Below are positions 27,037 to 38,979 of a stretch of DNA of 64,000 bases, in pieces. The stretch covers positions 124,001-188,000 of the forward strand of contig JALDZS010000018.1 in NCBI GenBank assembly GCA_022813965.1, written 5' to 3'. This DNA comes from Toensbergia leucococca. Its lineage: Eukaryota. The notes under the pieces were generated by a model. The model was not told the origin of the DNA, made no database searches, and worked only from the letters and a program-made list of their open reading frames with translations. Position numbers and translations under genes: made by a program. Numbering within the stretch: position 1 is the first letter of the stretch; every line of letters starts with the position of its first letter.

Positions 27037-27386
27037 CACCTTTTCTTCAAGGTGTTTGAGAGCAGGGTTTAATTTGGTAGGAAAGTGTAATGTTTTTATT
27101 TTTTTCTGTGTTTGTATACTATTACTTCTTTGTGCACCGGAGAGTGGCTCAAATAAATAGGCAGGCTTTCTTTCAGGGAGGTGGTGCTGGCGAGTAGATA
27201 GACGGGACTTCAGGGCCATTTCCAGGGAGGGATAAAATTAAAGCAACTCCACACTGTTTGGTATTCCTAAAGGAAGAATAGCTTCAAAGACTAGATGCTT
27301 CTGATTTCAAGGCTGAATACTCAATGAATGCTATTTGTAACCTGCTTGAATTCAAAAGGATTGGGTTGCAAAAAAGCAAAAGAAAA

Positions 27387-27469
27387 TTCCGTTGCGGGGA
27401 ATCGAACCCCGGCCACCTCGGTATTCAACTGATGAGAGCGAGATATACTAACCACTATACTACAACGGA
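27387..27469 (-). tRNA. tRNA-Glu (anticodon CTC) with an 11-nt intron
   Basis: Reverse strand reads TCCGTTG TA GTAT AGTGGTTA GTAT A TCTCG CT CTC A [TCAGTTGAATA] C CGAGG TGGC CGGGG TTCGATT CCCCG CAACGGA A. All stems pair, and a T-rich terminator follows. Confidence 0.95.
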
Positions 27470-27783
27470 AATAATTGTGATTTATGGCTGTATTAACTTA
27501 TATAAATGTGTATTCAAGAGTACACTGATTCTCAATTATTCACTTTTTTAGTGCTGAGGATTTTTCATTTAGTTCTAAGATACTGATATTCATGTCTTTA
27601 AGTTTAAGAAACAGAGAAGAGATCAGGTGCACTTGATATCTTAAAAGTGAGACGTCATAATGGCGGGTAGAGCTCCTGCGAGTCATCGTCAATAAAACTT
27701 CCCATATCCCTATCCCCCGTCCTCCAACCCCCCAACCAAGTACCTATAAGTCCTCTCCAGTTTGTCCCTCGATTTTCTTAAAA

Positions 27784-28569
27784 ATGGGCAAGAAACCTGC
27801 AACCGAAAACACCAAAAAGGCTGCCGGCAACGCAAAGGCACTTCCCCTCCCCTTCATCTCTACCAATCCCACTAACTCCAACCAACACCCAACAGAAAGC
27901 CGAAGCAGCCGCCCTCAAAACCGCTGCCGAGTCCTCTCAAAAGGCAGCCACAGAAGAAGAACAATGGTCCAAAGGCGCAAAATCAAACGCTAAGAAGTAA
28001 AGCCTCCCTCCCACATTACTCTTCCAACCTGCCCCGCTTCTAATTTCCCAAACAACAGAGAAGAAGCCACCCAAAAGCGCCTCGAAGCTTCCCGAAAGAA
28101 AGCCGAAAAAGACGCCCTCCTCGCCGCCGAAGAATCCACCGCACGTGCCCTTCCCAAAAATACAAAGTCTGCCCCCAAAAAATCTTCAGCGAAACCCCTC
28201 GATCTGTCCCAACTCGACTCCCCAGACCCAGCACCCACTGCTCTAAACGCAACCGGCATCGACAACGCCCTCGACGCCCTCTCCCTCACCACGGGCGCTT
28301 CTGCGTCTGAGAAAATAGATAGGCACCCAGAGCGTAGGTTCAAGGCCGCGTATGCTGCATTCGAGGCGCGACGTCTGCCGGAGTTGGAGACTGAGATGAA
28401 AGGGTTGAGGAGGCAGCAGCGGATTGATGTTTGCCGGAAGGAGTTTGAGCGGAGTGAGGAGAATCCGTTTAATCAGGTTCGGGCGGATTATGATGCTTCG
28501 AAAGAGGAGGTGAGGGGGTTGCGGGAGCAGGAGAGGGGGAAGGTGGAGGAGAGGTTGGGGGGAAGGTAG
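27784..28569 (+). CDS. CCDC124/Lso2/Oxs1 family (DUF1014) protein
   Basis: Exons 27784-27837, 27896-27996 and 28059-28569. ENTKKAAGNAKKAE, WSKGAK, LNATGIDNALDAL, IDRHPERRFKAAYAAFE, ENPFNQ. The first intron is GC-AG. Confidence 0.9.
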
Positions 28570-29199
28570 GGAGTTGAGGCTTTTTTGGGATGGGTGTGTG
28601 CGTGGGTGTTGAGAGGGTTTGTGTGATGTTGCACGGTGGTACTGTTTGAGCCTGTTGATTACGAGCAAGAAGTGTATCCCTAGGCTGTTACGTTCCGGCA
28701 AGCTCTCTGCCCCAGCACAACCGCTCGAAGTTTACCCACCGTCAGAAACAATTTGGGAGATCAGCAAAGACTACAACCGCCAAACCACTCGTACACACTG
28801 ACGCTTTTTATCCGCTCAGAACCCTCCCAAAACCCCGCTCGGAGGTCCAAAGTCTCCATCACTCTCCGCCCGAAGCCTTGAGCCCAGAATATCTCTTCCT
28901 CAGCAGATCCGGTTTGCATGCTCCCCAAACCCAAAGCCTACACAATCAGCTTGCAAGGACTGATGAACAGGATTTTTCTAATGCTTTTGAGATGAAGTCT
29001 CCACACTCTGAGTTTCTGTTTACCCAAGATCCCATCCTACACCCGACCAATCAGTTCATGGTGGAGTTTCTACGTTCTTTCTCTCACCTGAAACAAAGTC
29101 CTTCCGCCACACGCCCATTCCTTCACTCTCGCCCCCCCATCATCTGACCCTCGACCCCCAATTCACATCCTATACCCCTCAGCAATCAATCAGAGAATC

Positions 29200-29280
29200 C
29201 CTCCCTTTCTCCCCCCCTCTCTCTCCTCCCCTCTCTCTCCTACTCTCTCTCTCTCACACACAAACACTATCCACCTCTCC

Positions 29281-29320
<40 letters not shown>
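29200..29320. repeat. (CT)n microsatellite / pyrimidine tract
   Basis: Long CT dinucleotide runs at 29215-29255 and 29275-29319. Confidence 0.9.
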
Positions 29321-29321
<1 letters not shown>

Positions 29322-29389
29322 AACCCCCCTCCCAACCACCAAAACCCCCCCCTAAAAACCCGAAAATACAAAAAAAAAAACAAAAAAAG

Positions 29390-30097
29390 ATGCCCTTCCC
29401 AACCCCCCACCCAACCTACAACCTCACCCCCCACTACACCCCCCACCTCTCCCCAACAAACCACCGCCTCCACCTCCTCCCCACAGGCCTGACCTGGCTC
29501 AAACCCCCCCCCAGCACCCCCAGCCCCCATCACCAACGAATCCTGGCTCACAACATCGCATCTGCCGACAACAATACCACTGCGACTGCCACGTCTTCTA
29601 GAAAAATGATCGGAGTCAGGCCCCGGCGTGTGATGGGGGCGAAGAGCCCGCTTGGGATAAGGGATGGGGTCGATGTGGAGGCGTTGGATGGAGTTTCTGT
29701 GCTGAGTGGGGAGGGAAGTGGGATTGGTGGTGCGGGGGATGGGGTGGTGGTTCCTGGGGGTGAGGGGCTGGAGGAGAGGATTCGACTGCAGTGGTCTGTT
29801 AAGGCGGCTTCGGTGTTGGTGCCGAGGTTGGGGGCTGTGCCGGGGGGAAGGGGGAAGGGGAGGGGGAGGGGGAGGTTGGGTGGTGGGGTCGGAGGGGGGG
29901 TGGTTGGTGATGGGGGGACTGGCGAGGTTGGAGGGGGGAGGGCTGGCGAGGTTGGAGGGGGGAGGATTGGTGGTAGTAGTGGTGGGGGCGGTGGAGTTGA
30001 AGAGGGGAAGGGAGGGAATGAAGGGGTGGAGGTTGGGGGGAAGAAGAGGATGCGGGAGGGGGAGTTGGAGGAGGGGGTTGAAGGGGAGGGGGGGTGA
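29390..30097 (+). CDS. Hypothetical protein (235 aa, low-complexity Gly-rich C-terminus)
   Basis: ATG preceded by an A-rich context. Protein-like segments (HQRILAHNIAS, MIGVRPRRV, LEERIRLQWSVKAASVLVPRL). The composition is extreme, so it could be spurious. Confidence 0.4.
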   Translation: MPFPTPHPTYNLTPHYTPHLSPTNHRLHLLPTGLTWLKPPPSTPSPHHQRILAHNIASADNNTTATATSSRKMIGVRPRRVMGAKSPLGIRDGVDVEALDGVSVLSGEGSGIGGAGDGVVVPGGEGLEERIRLQWSVKAASVLVPRLGAVPGGRGKGRGRGRLGGGVGGGVVGDGGTGEVGGGRAGEVGGGRIGGSSGGGGGVEEGKGGNEGVEVGGKKRMREGELEEGVEGEGG

Positions 30098-30240
30098 AGA
30101 GGAGGGGGTTGGGGGGGTGAGGGAGTTGTGAGGGTTGGCGGTTGGCGATTGAGGTTGAGGGTTTGAATTTGTTGAGTGGGCTGGTGGGTGAGTGTACAAT
30201 AGGATAGGTCTTTTGTTTAGACGGACGGACGGAATGTAGA

Positions 30241-30395
30241 AAATCCCCTCTCTTTGAAATCCCCTCTCTTTGAAATCCCCTCTCTTTGAAATCCCCTCTC
30301 TTTGAAATCCCCTCTTTTTGAAATCCCCTCTCTTTGAAATCCCCTTTCTTTGACATCCTCTCTCTTTGACATCCCATCTCCTCTCTTTTGAAATC
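30241..30395. repeat. 16-bp minisatellite (AAATCCCCTCTCTTTG) x ~9
   Basis: Perfect or near-perfect units start at 30241, 30257, 30273, 30289, 30305, 30321 and 30337, then degenerate. Confidence 0.95.
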
Positions 30396-31037
30396 AATGA
30401 AGTTGATATTCAAGGCTTGATGTGTTTGACATCCTAGGACAGAGTTTGCGCACCAACTTATATTTCTGATCCCTCCCTCTCTTTCATTTCTCTCATTTCT
30501 TTCATCCTTTTCTTCTTATTTCTTTTTTTTTTTTTTTTTTTTTGTCGGAGCGAGAAAGATTTGAGTTTTGTTAAGTTTTGTACCAAGTCATTTCTAGAAG
30601 ATCCTTCTTTTTCTTTTTTGTCTTTCATCTTTTTCTTCACATTTAAAATTGATTTTTTTTTTCGATTGAGAGAGATGAGTTTTGTGCAGTTTTGTGAAGT
30701 CAAGAATGCCTTGCAAAATATGGTATATATGTATGTGAGGTAATGATAAGCAACAACTCACCCCCTTTTCACCTCCCCTTTGCTTCTCTACTCTCCTCAA
30801 CCCTCCTCCCTCAATAGCAAAAGGAGGTGAGGTATTGAAAAAAACCCAAAAACCAGAAACGCCCCACCCCTCCGACCCAAAACAAATGCCCACAGAAAGC
30901 AGCACAATTCACGAGATAGATCCATTCATGCATCATTGAACTTTCTCGACTCTCCCTACCCCACCCCACCCCACCCCACCCCACCCCAGCGCCCCTACCC
31001 CGCAAGGAACCACCCAATTGCAGCAGCCCCTTCCTGC

Positions 31038-33695
31038 CTATCCAACCACAGCCTTCATACTCAAGCCCTCCAAAAAGCCACTTAAATCCTCCTTCTTAAC
31101 CTCAACAACACAATGCTCAAAGCTATCAATCCGAACCCTCGCCCCGGTCTCATCCACAACTTCCTGAAACGCGTTCCCGAATCGATTTTTCCCATACCCC
31201 CTTTCCTCACCCTCATCATCATCATCTTCACTCTCCTCTTCCTCCTCGTCCTCCTCACTCTCACCCCCACCTTCCCCATCCCTCTCCTCCCTTTCCCTTC
31301 TCTTTCTCTCCCTCTCCACCCTCCTCGCCTCTCTAGCCTTCAACCTACCCTCCCTCTTAGCCCTCCTCTCCCTCCTAGCCACAAAATCAATCATCCCCCC
31401 CCCACCCCCCGTGCCAACAACAACATACACCCCCCTCGCCTCATTCAGCCCCGCCAAAACAAGCGGTGTGCCACGACCTCCTTTGCCAACCGTCCCTTTC
31501 TGCTCGCGCTCCTGCTCGGCAATAGCTTCGCCTACCCACAGGGCAAGTTTAGTAAGAGCGGCCGGATGCGTGAACAGAGGAACATCAGGGCCTTCTTTGA
31601 CGACGGCCATGCGAAAGGCACGGAGATGGCGGATTTGCCGCTTTTCGATAAGAGAGGTGCCGGTGCGGAGGATGGCGCGGTGGAGATGCTGGGCTGTGGG
31701 TAAAGCGTGCTTTAATGCTTCGATACTATTCACAACATTAGTACATGCACCCAAGCAATCTTTATTCAAGCTACAAACTTTTCGAGTGCGTCGTACGCTT
31801 CCCAGAACCTTCCGACCCATTCTTCACCTTCTGCTTTTCCTTCTTCATCAACAAGGTCTTTCTTCTCCATTCGCCCCCGATCCCAACCCCCTCCACTCTC
31901 CCCGGCATGCACACCTGATTTTCCAACCTCCAAGATTGCACCGACAATTATTCCAACGTCGTTGGCACTGAATATGGCTTTCCAGCCCCAGCTTCTCACA
32001 AAGCCCCATCCTTCTTTCCCCCTCCCTGCACCGGCAGCTGGCGGCACAAGCCCATCTAGACCGTACAGCGGTGCATATGTCAATAGCCTTTGCCGTAGAC
32101 CACGCTTGAGGTCCATGTCCATATGCGTATAGCTTTGCTTGCATTGACTTAGACTGACTCCCATCTTAGCGAGGAGTTTGTGAAGCCGCTTTCTTCCAAC
32201 ATCACTCCAGATGTGTAATCGAGCAGAGAGGTATGGCGAGTGTAGCATACTGTCGTACAAAGACCAGTGTCGTATAAGAAGAAAGCGAGGTTCGGGAGAT
32301 AATCGAATAGAAGTATCTGTTGGTGAGCGCGCAGTGGTTGGGATCACGCCATATGCCTCTCCTCGAGATGATTCCCGGCTATTATCATTAGGGTCAGGAG
32401 GATTTAATCTTCGGACCTCATCCCGCAAGAGCTGTCTCAATCGCTCCCCGCGATCTCCATCCCATCCTGCAAAGCCGCCAGAATCCAACGCCGTAGGTAT
32501 ACCTACACCCGTTATACCTCGGCCATATAGCTCAAGAGAACTAACTCCGACAATGGTATGCCAGAGAAGATCATTGTCTTCACGTCCAAGCTCTCCAGCT
32601 AAAGAGTAAAGAATTGACGAGATAGGTTCAGAATAAGATGCACCCAGAGAATAGTATTTGGAGAGGACCAAAGTATGTTTTCGGCGTAAACGTATGAGTC
32701 GCCGTCGAAGTGTTCGAGCCGAAGGTGGTTTTGGAAGCTGTGGTGATGGAGATCGAGAAGAATGTGAGGGTGAGCGAGACTCATCGGAGGAGTTTCTCGG
32801 CTGGGGGAGATTGTTCGTTGTTAATAGAAGATCTCGAGGAGGACGACTTGATAACGAGGGTATTGAATCGTTCTATCTAATCAGATTAGTGTTCCAACTC
32901 CACTCACAGCCATCTCCATACCGAATTGCTTCTCCGCCTTTGCCGAGACCGACCGTTCTCATCATTGTTTTCTTCGTCTTCTTCCTCGTGGTCGGACCAT
33001 GATTTCCTCTTCTTTGAAGGACGTGTCCCATTTGCTGTTTCCCCAGGTTCATTCTCCGTATCCGAACCGTCAGACTCCCCACCGTCATCATCCACCTCTG
33101 GCATCCCAGCAAGTGCACAGTATGCTTCTTTTTCAGCAGATAGCTCTTCATCAATGTCTCCGTTATCGTATACAATGATACCTCCCTGTCCAGGCTTGTA
33201 GGATTGTTGTATACGCCCGTTTTCCACACCAGTATCTCTTGACCGTGCGTTGCCGCTCACTTCAGCTAACATGAATTCTGCAGGATTACCCCCGAAGACA
33301 TTACCCAAGTTCCACGGTCTTCGGGCATCGAATATCCAAATCTCGACACCACCTGAGGCATCTACCGAGTCATCTTTCGATTCTAAGCCTAGTACGGCTG
33401 ACACATCGACAAGTCCCCCCACACCGAGGCAGATGACTATCCCTCCAGTGCCACCTTGCTGCGTTCGCATGGGTTGGACTAGAGTTTCGCCAGCATAGGC
33501 GAGGTCTCCATATCCAGACACGGGTTGGATCTTGTGGGGAATGTAGTCGCGCTTCAATAAGGCGGTTAAGATTCGAGTTGCGCAAAGGGCGTCAGGTTCG
33601 AGAGCAACGAGTAGGAGGACAGGTGGTGAAAGTGGGTGGTGGGTTCGGAGGAGATGCATATATAGATGCGACATCAATTCGCGAGGGAGATACAT
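31038..33695 (-). CDS. CDC45: DNA replication initiation factor Cdc45
   Basis: LVALEPDALCA, HKIQPVSGY, DARRPWNL, LIRHWSLYDSM, LLAKMG, NRFGNAF, RIDSFEHCVVEV. Two GT-AG introns, near 32.9 kb and 31.75 kb. Confidence 0.95.
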
Positions 33696-34978
33696 GACTT
33701 GATAAATGAGAGGACGAGGAAAAATGGTAGAGGCTTGACTGGCGAGGGTTTATGCATGAATCAGTCTTGGATGAACGAGGGGCTCAGAATGGAAGGAAAA
33801 AGGTGGCCTGGGGAAATCGAGTAGCGTAGACGATTGGGATTGGCATATGTGTTGAAGCGTGTCATAATGGAGAGCAGTTGTATGCAGAGAAAGGGTGGTT
33901 GAGTTTGATGAGCATTATCTTCAATCAACATGATGCTGTGGAACGCGCTTGGCTTCGAGTCGCGAGATTTGTATTCTATCTGTATCATAACTCTAGCGTC
34001 GGCGCTTCAACATCCGTCTTGCCGTTTTATACCGTCCTTCCTTGTCTGATGACCAATCAAAAGATTGCTCACAAGCTCCCAATCATGTTGCGCTTTCAAA
34101 CCATCTCCTTCATTACTCGGTACTCGTCGTTGTACTTCCAGAGTTCTTCTCAATTTCTTATCAGTGCACACATTTGAGTACCATTCTGTTGATGACTGAA
34201 ACCGGCTCCTGTCCTTCTTTAAGCTACTCTCTCTTCATTTCATTTAGAGAGGTCATAAAGAGTGTATTTCTGATGTGTCGGAATTTGAATGCCCATGACC
34301 GACGTTCCACAGGCAATGCTTATTTCTCCACGTGTCTCGGCCTGAATGATCAATCTTCTTCATTCCTCTACAGTTTATACAGGAGCTTTGACCTCAGGCC
34401 CATATGAGATTGATCACCAATTGAGAGACGAGCCACTCGTCCGGCCTAGGAGCATTGGCTAGTTGGGGACTATTATCCCGTTGAAGTAAATTTATGCTCG
34501 CTGGGCAATGCGTAACAAGGTCACAAAGAGCACAAGTAGCTGTCTGATCCATAAACCCACGTTGCTATCTCGGTGATTGTGTCAAGCACATGCCATTTAG
34601 TGACACATTCCGATTTAAATGGCAATAGGTAGTGGAAGAATGCGAGCTAGAAACACTGTAACACATATATGTGGACAGCCTTATCGGTAGAATTTAAATA
34701 GAGTTAAGCATGTGATCTCAACGCTTCCGACTTGGAGACTCCGGGCCAAGTCACAAATGTCTCCACCAGATTCCCTAAATTCAAATTCCAACCTCCACTC
34801 TCTTCTACCCGCAGTTCATGTAAAATGTCAGACTTCCCTCCACATCTATCCAATGTCTCTTTCCACCCACTGCAGTCACTCAGCTGTGTCTCTCTTGATT
34901 TTCTGCCCGTGATTCCGTTCCCTCACTGCATCCGCGTGGCCCATCAACACTGTAACCTTGCTAAGTCCCGACGGCAAC

Positions 34979-35962
34979 ATGACCCTTTCACAAGATCAAT
35001 CCTTTCCCACATCTCCCACAAGACCGTCCTTGTCCGATGAAGACCCAATACCTACTTCCTCTCTTCTCTCCGCCATTCTCCCTCTGGCCGTGCAGGCGCG
35101 GTTCTCTCACCTCCCGTCCATCCGACGATCCTTCAGTGCCTATGGTCTACGTCGCCGGGGCCGAGCGAAAAGCTTCACATCCCATTGTAGGACAGGAAGC
35201 CACGGCTCTTCGTCCGACAGTAGTATGACAGACGACGATCGGCCATCCTCTTCCAAGTCTTCACCCCCAGTTCTGCTATCCCCCGCGGCTGAAAAGGGAG
35301 CTGGCTGGAAGTATGCCAATCAAGGTAATAAGTCCCTAGATTGCTAGTGTTTCAGTTCTAAATCAAGAATAGGCTTGAATCTTCTAGAGGCTGCAGTCAC
35401 CGAGTCCCGCTATCCAGAAGATAGCGACAAAGCCTTTGCACGTCAGCTTTATATCCACGCTCTCTCATACCTCTTGAAAGGATTACCGAGGGATCTCGGC
35501 GAAGAAGAGATCAGGACCATCCAGTTGTCTATGCCCCCTTCAATACAGCAACCCAGATCCGAAGAAAAGAGCCTAGATCAAGCGCATAGCCATGCCGAGA
35601 CAGAACCATCCCTGTTACACCGCCTATTAGCCTCGGGCATAATCCAAATCTTCCTCTTTTTCCAACTGGTCCTCCCGTACGTCAAAATCTTCCTTCAAAA
35701 TGCCTACAAATACGAAAGGGCCCACCACATCTCTGAAAAGATCCTTGCAACAAGCATCGATACAGCAGACAATCTCAGCAAAAAAAGCTTGAACGTTGTC
35801 GAAGTCATTCTTACTACCGGTAACGGCAGAGTCGGCGAGCTTCTGGCCGGTATGTTGGCATGGTGGATCGAGGGTATCACCGGTGGTATTCATGAGGGTG
35901 TAGGCGAGGGTATGACGATACTAGGAGCACGAGGCTTTGCGGCCAGTCGAACGAAGAAATGA
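34979..35962 (+). CDS. Fungal hypothetical protein of unknown function (2 exons)
   Basis: GWKYANQG|LNLLEAA...FARQLYIHALSYLLKGLP...SLLHRLLASGI...AYKYERAHHISEK...GITGGIHEGVGEG. GT-AG intron at about 35325-35372. Confidence 0.7.
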
Positions 35963-36779
35963 GTTGAGTTCAATCTAGAAGATTAGAGATGATGATGTTC
36001 TCGCCCTTTCCTTTACCCACGCCCGCATTACTGACGCAGGGATTTCTTTCGAACAACTGTTGATGATACCCTAGATCCATAGATGGCCGGATGGCGAATC
36101 CAGTCGCCGGAAAATAGAATAGAAGTGTTTCAGACCAAATAGGATACCGCGTAATTCCTCGTTGCTCGATGCATTCCACTAATGTTGCCGACCAACTTAC
36201 TCCATTCAAGGCTCTAGAATTGTTCAAAGTGGTGATTTCGTATGTTGGCTCTTCAGCCCTCCCTTTTATTTTCCTTCTGTACTCACTGAAGAACTTGGCT
36301 TTATAAGCCAAATTTTCCTGCCACCCTTTTGAAATGTTTTCCTTTTTCTTCTTTTCTCCTTCTCTTGATGTTTCTCAATTTTACCATCAATCAACTTTTA
36401 TTGAACTTTAGGATACTGACCTAGAGACTCGTTTCATTATTTCCTTTTCGCTCCTGTCCTTACCCTATCCGCCCTGATTGTGGTCAAAGAAGTCTGACTT
36501 GGACATGGCTTATGGAAATAAAGAAGGTACTTTTATCTTTACTTATTTTAGCTTTCATAATTTTATTCGACCTCTTTGCAGCTGGTATGCGACAAAGGCG
36601 GTCAAACTTGTTCAATGTTTCTTTTGGGATATGTACAAACGGGGGTTGGGCGTGTTGTGGTATGCAGGGGCTGGGATTATTCAAAACATACACAATTCAC
36701 GCTATCTGGTGGCTGAGAGTGTATGTACTATCCGGCTAGCTATTTTCTTGTGTACAGATTCTGATGCATGACGAATCCA

Positions 36780-37749
36780 TCACATGGCCTCGACCTCCTG
36801 AGCACGAACCTTACGCTCCAAAAAGTCGTCCAAAACTCCCACAAACGCCTCTGCGCTCTCCAACATTGGCAGCCGGCCTGCCCTCTCTATCTCTACAAAT
36901 TCCCCCAATCCTGTGGCCATTCTATCAGGAAATTCGCTCATCACCTCTGGAAAAATGCAGTCAGTAGCCCCCGCAACGAAAAGGCCAGGAACCCGGATTT
37001 CTCTCATCTTTTCACTCTCGTCGTACTCATACAGCGCATGCATCGAGGTTGCTAATCCTGGCATGGACGCTGAGCCAACCATCTCATGTACTACCTTCCA
37101 CGGCGCCGAAGCGCGGCTATCGGCGGTGAACCAGCGTGCCACGACTTTGTCGGCCAGAATGCCGCCCATACCGTACTTCTCGGCGTAGGCCAGCTGCGCA
37201 TCCCAGTGCTCGCGGAGTTCGGGACTGCTTGCTAGCTCGAAGTTGCAGGCGACAAAGCTGCGGAGTTGATTCGGGTGGGTGGAAGCGAAAGCGAGGGCTG
37301 TGAGGCCGCCTAAGCCGACGCCGACGAGGGAATGGAGGGTTGAAATTTTTAGGTGGGAGAGGAGGGCGTTTATGTCTGATGTTAGGGTTGAGAGGGTTAT
37401 CGTTTTGGCTGTTGTGGGGGTGGCGTAGCCGCGAGTGTCTGGGGTTGGTTAGATATGGGGATTTGTGCTTTTTACGGGGGGTTAGGGGAAGGGCAAGGGC
37501 AAGGGGGAAGGTACTGTAGCGGAGGAAGCGGAAGTGGGGCAGGCGCTGCTTTAGGCGTTTGATGGTTGGGTCCCAAATGTGGAAAGTTGTGAGGAGCTCG
37601 TTTGAGAATAGGAGGACTGGGCTTTGGGGGTCGGGGGAGCCTTCGAGGTGGTAGTCTAGGTGGAAATCGTGGGGGAGATGGACTGTGGAGGTTATTGCGG
37701 TGTTGGGTTCGGCTTTGGGGATTGCGGTGTCTTGTATGAAAGTTGCCAT
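36780..37749 (-). CDS. Alpha/beta-hydrolase fold protein, PcaD (3-oxoadipate enol-lactonase)-like, apparently catalytically inactive
   Basis: PVLLFSN...IWD...RFLRY|NTRGY and WDAQLAYAEKYGMGGILADKVVARWF. Elbow is GVGLGG and His loop is AGRLPM. One GT-AG intron at about 37439-37513. Confidence 0.78.
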
Positions 37750-38979
37750 TGCCTCTCTTTTTCTTCTTCTTTTTTTATCGGGTTAGTGTTGATAATGATG
37801 ATGTGTAGGAGATGGAGAAACGCTTTTCTTTTTCGGGGGGAATTTCGCAGGCTGAAGCAAATTTATGTGGCTTTTTTTTGAGATTGATACCCACCTACCT
37901 TTTCTACCTAGGTAAGGTAGATAACCCTAGGAATTCAAGTGTGATGTCAGCGTGCTTTTTTTCGGGGGATCTAACGGAGTTAATTTTCAGGCAACCATTT
38001 TTGGAGGAAAAGGAGACGGGGGGGTTTTTTTCCTTGCAACAGGTAGTGTGTTATCTGTTATTTAAAGACTCTAGGTAGGCACTACCTAGTTGATATAAAG
38101 CTCCTGATACATGGACGCCCCTTTTTGATACCTGTACACCCACCCCCCCCAAATCCCCTTCCATGGGCGCATGATCACCGAGGGAAATTTTATAGTTCTG
38201 CACCACATCCTGCCTCGATTCTCTATTCTAGCACTATGCAAGCTATTACCCTGTTCTATTTGCGTTGCCATTTAGGAGGCTTTTCATCTAGGAAGAAAAA
38301 AAAAGCAATGCTTTTGTCTCACACATCCTAGGTAACTCGAATTCCTCTCCACCCCCCGGGTCCTAAAAAGCATATCGCAATTTTTGGCAGGTTATTTATT
38401 CTACATCCTGAACTCTGTAAACAGCCCATCATCTGTCTGAATAGCACGCCATCCTCCCTTCACCTCATCGGTCTTTTTCTCTACTCAACTCTGTTCACTC
38501 TAAGTGTCAGATGAAGGTGAGACTTTTTAATGAGAGAGGTGAGAGAGGTGAGGATGTGGTGACGGATAGATTGAGTAGGTGAGCTGGTAGGGAATGGGCG
38601 TTCAGAATTGAGGCAGAATCGACCACAATGAGTCCCTACCTTAGGTCATCATGCTACCACCGGGCACGCGAATGGAAGAGGAAAAGTTGTGCGTGAAGGT
38701 GGAGAGTTCGAGTGCGAATGTGGTGTGAAATCATGATAGGTCTCTACCTATGCGCCCGGGGGAGTGTCGGAATAGTAAGACCCTCTTTGTATCTAAAAAG
38801 TGAAAGTATTTTTCAAGAAGGTTTGAGTGAGAGGTGAGGACTTGATTTTTTATTTCGGGTTTTTTTATTAGTAAAACAAGATTTTGGGGAAAGGTTAACT
38901 TTTTTCAATCCACTTCTCACACATAGCCTATACTTGTGAAATCTACTCATATGAATAGAGAGCACCCGGTCATGTATCA

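Noticed and set aside
30241..30395. CRISPR-like array
   Set aside because: The units are contiguous with no unique spacers, the context is eukaryotic and there are no cas genes. It is a minisatellite.
29267..30413. Long minus-strand ORFs (376 aa and 204 aa)
   Set aside because: They are translations of the minisatellite and of C-rich low-complexity DNA that lacks stop codons, with no recognisable domain.
33940..33970. MCB cell-cycle boxes upstream of CDC45 (and SFI1 at about 6262)
   Set aside because: Only CGCG cores (ACGCGC, TCGCGA) are present, not the full ACGCGT consensus, which is too weak to call.
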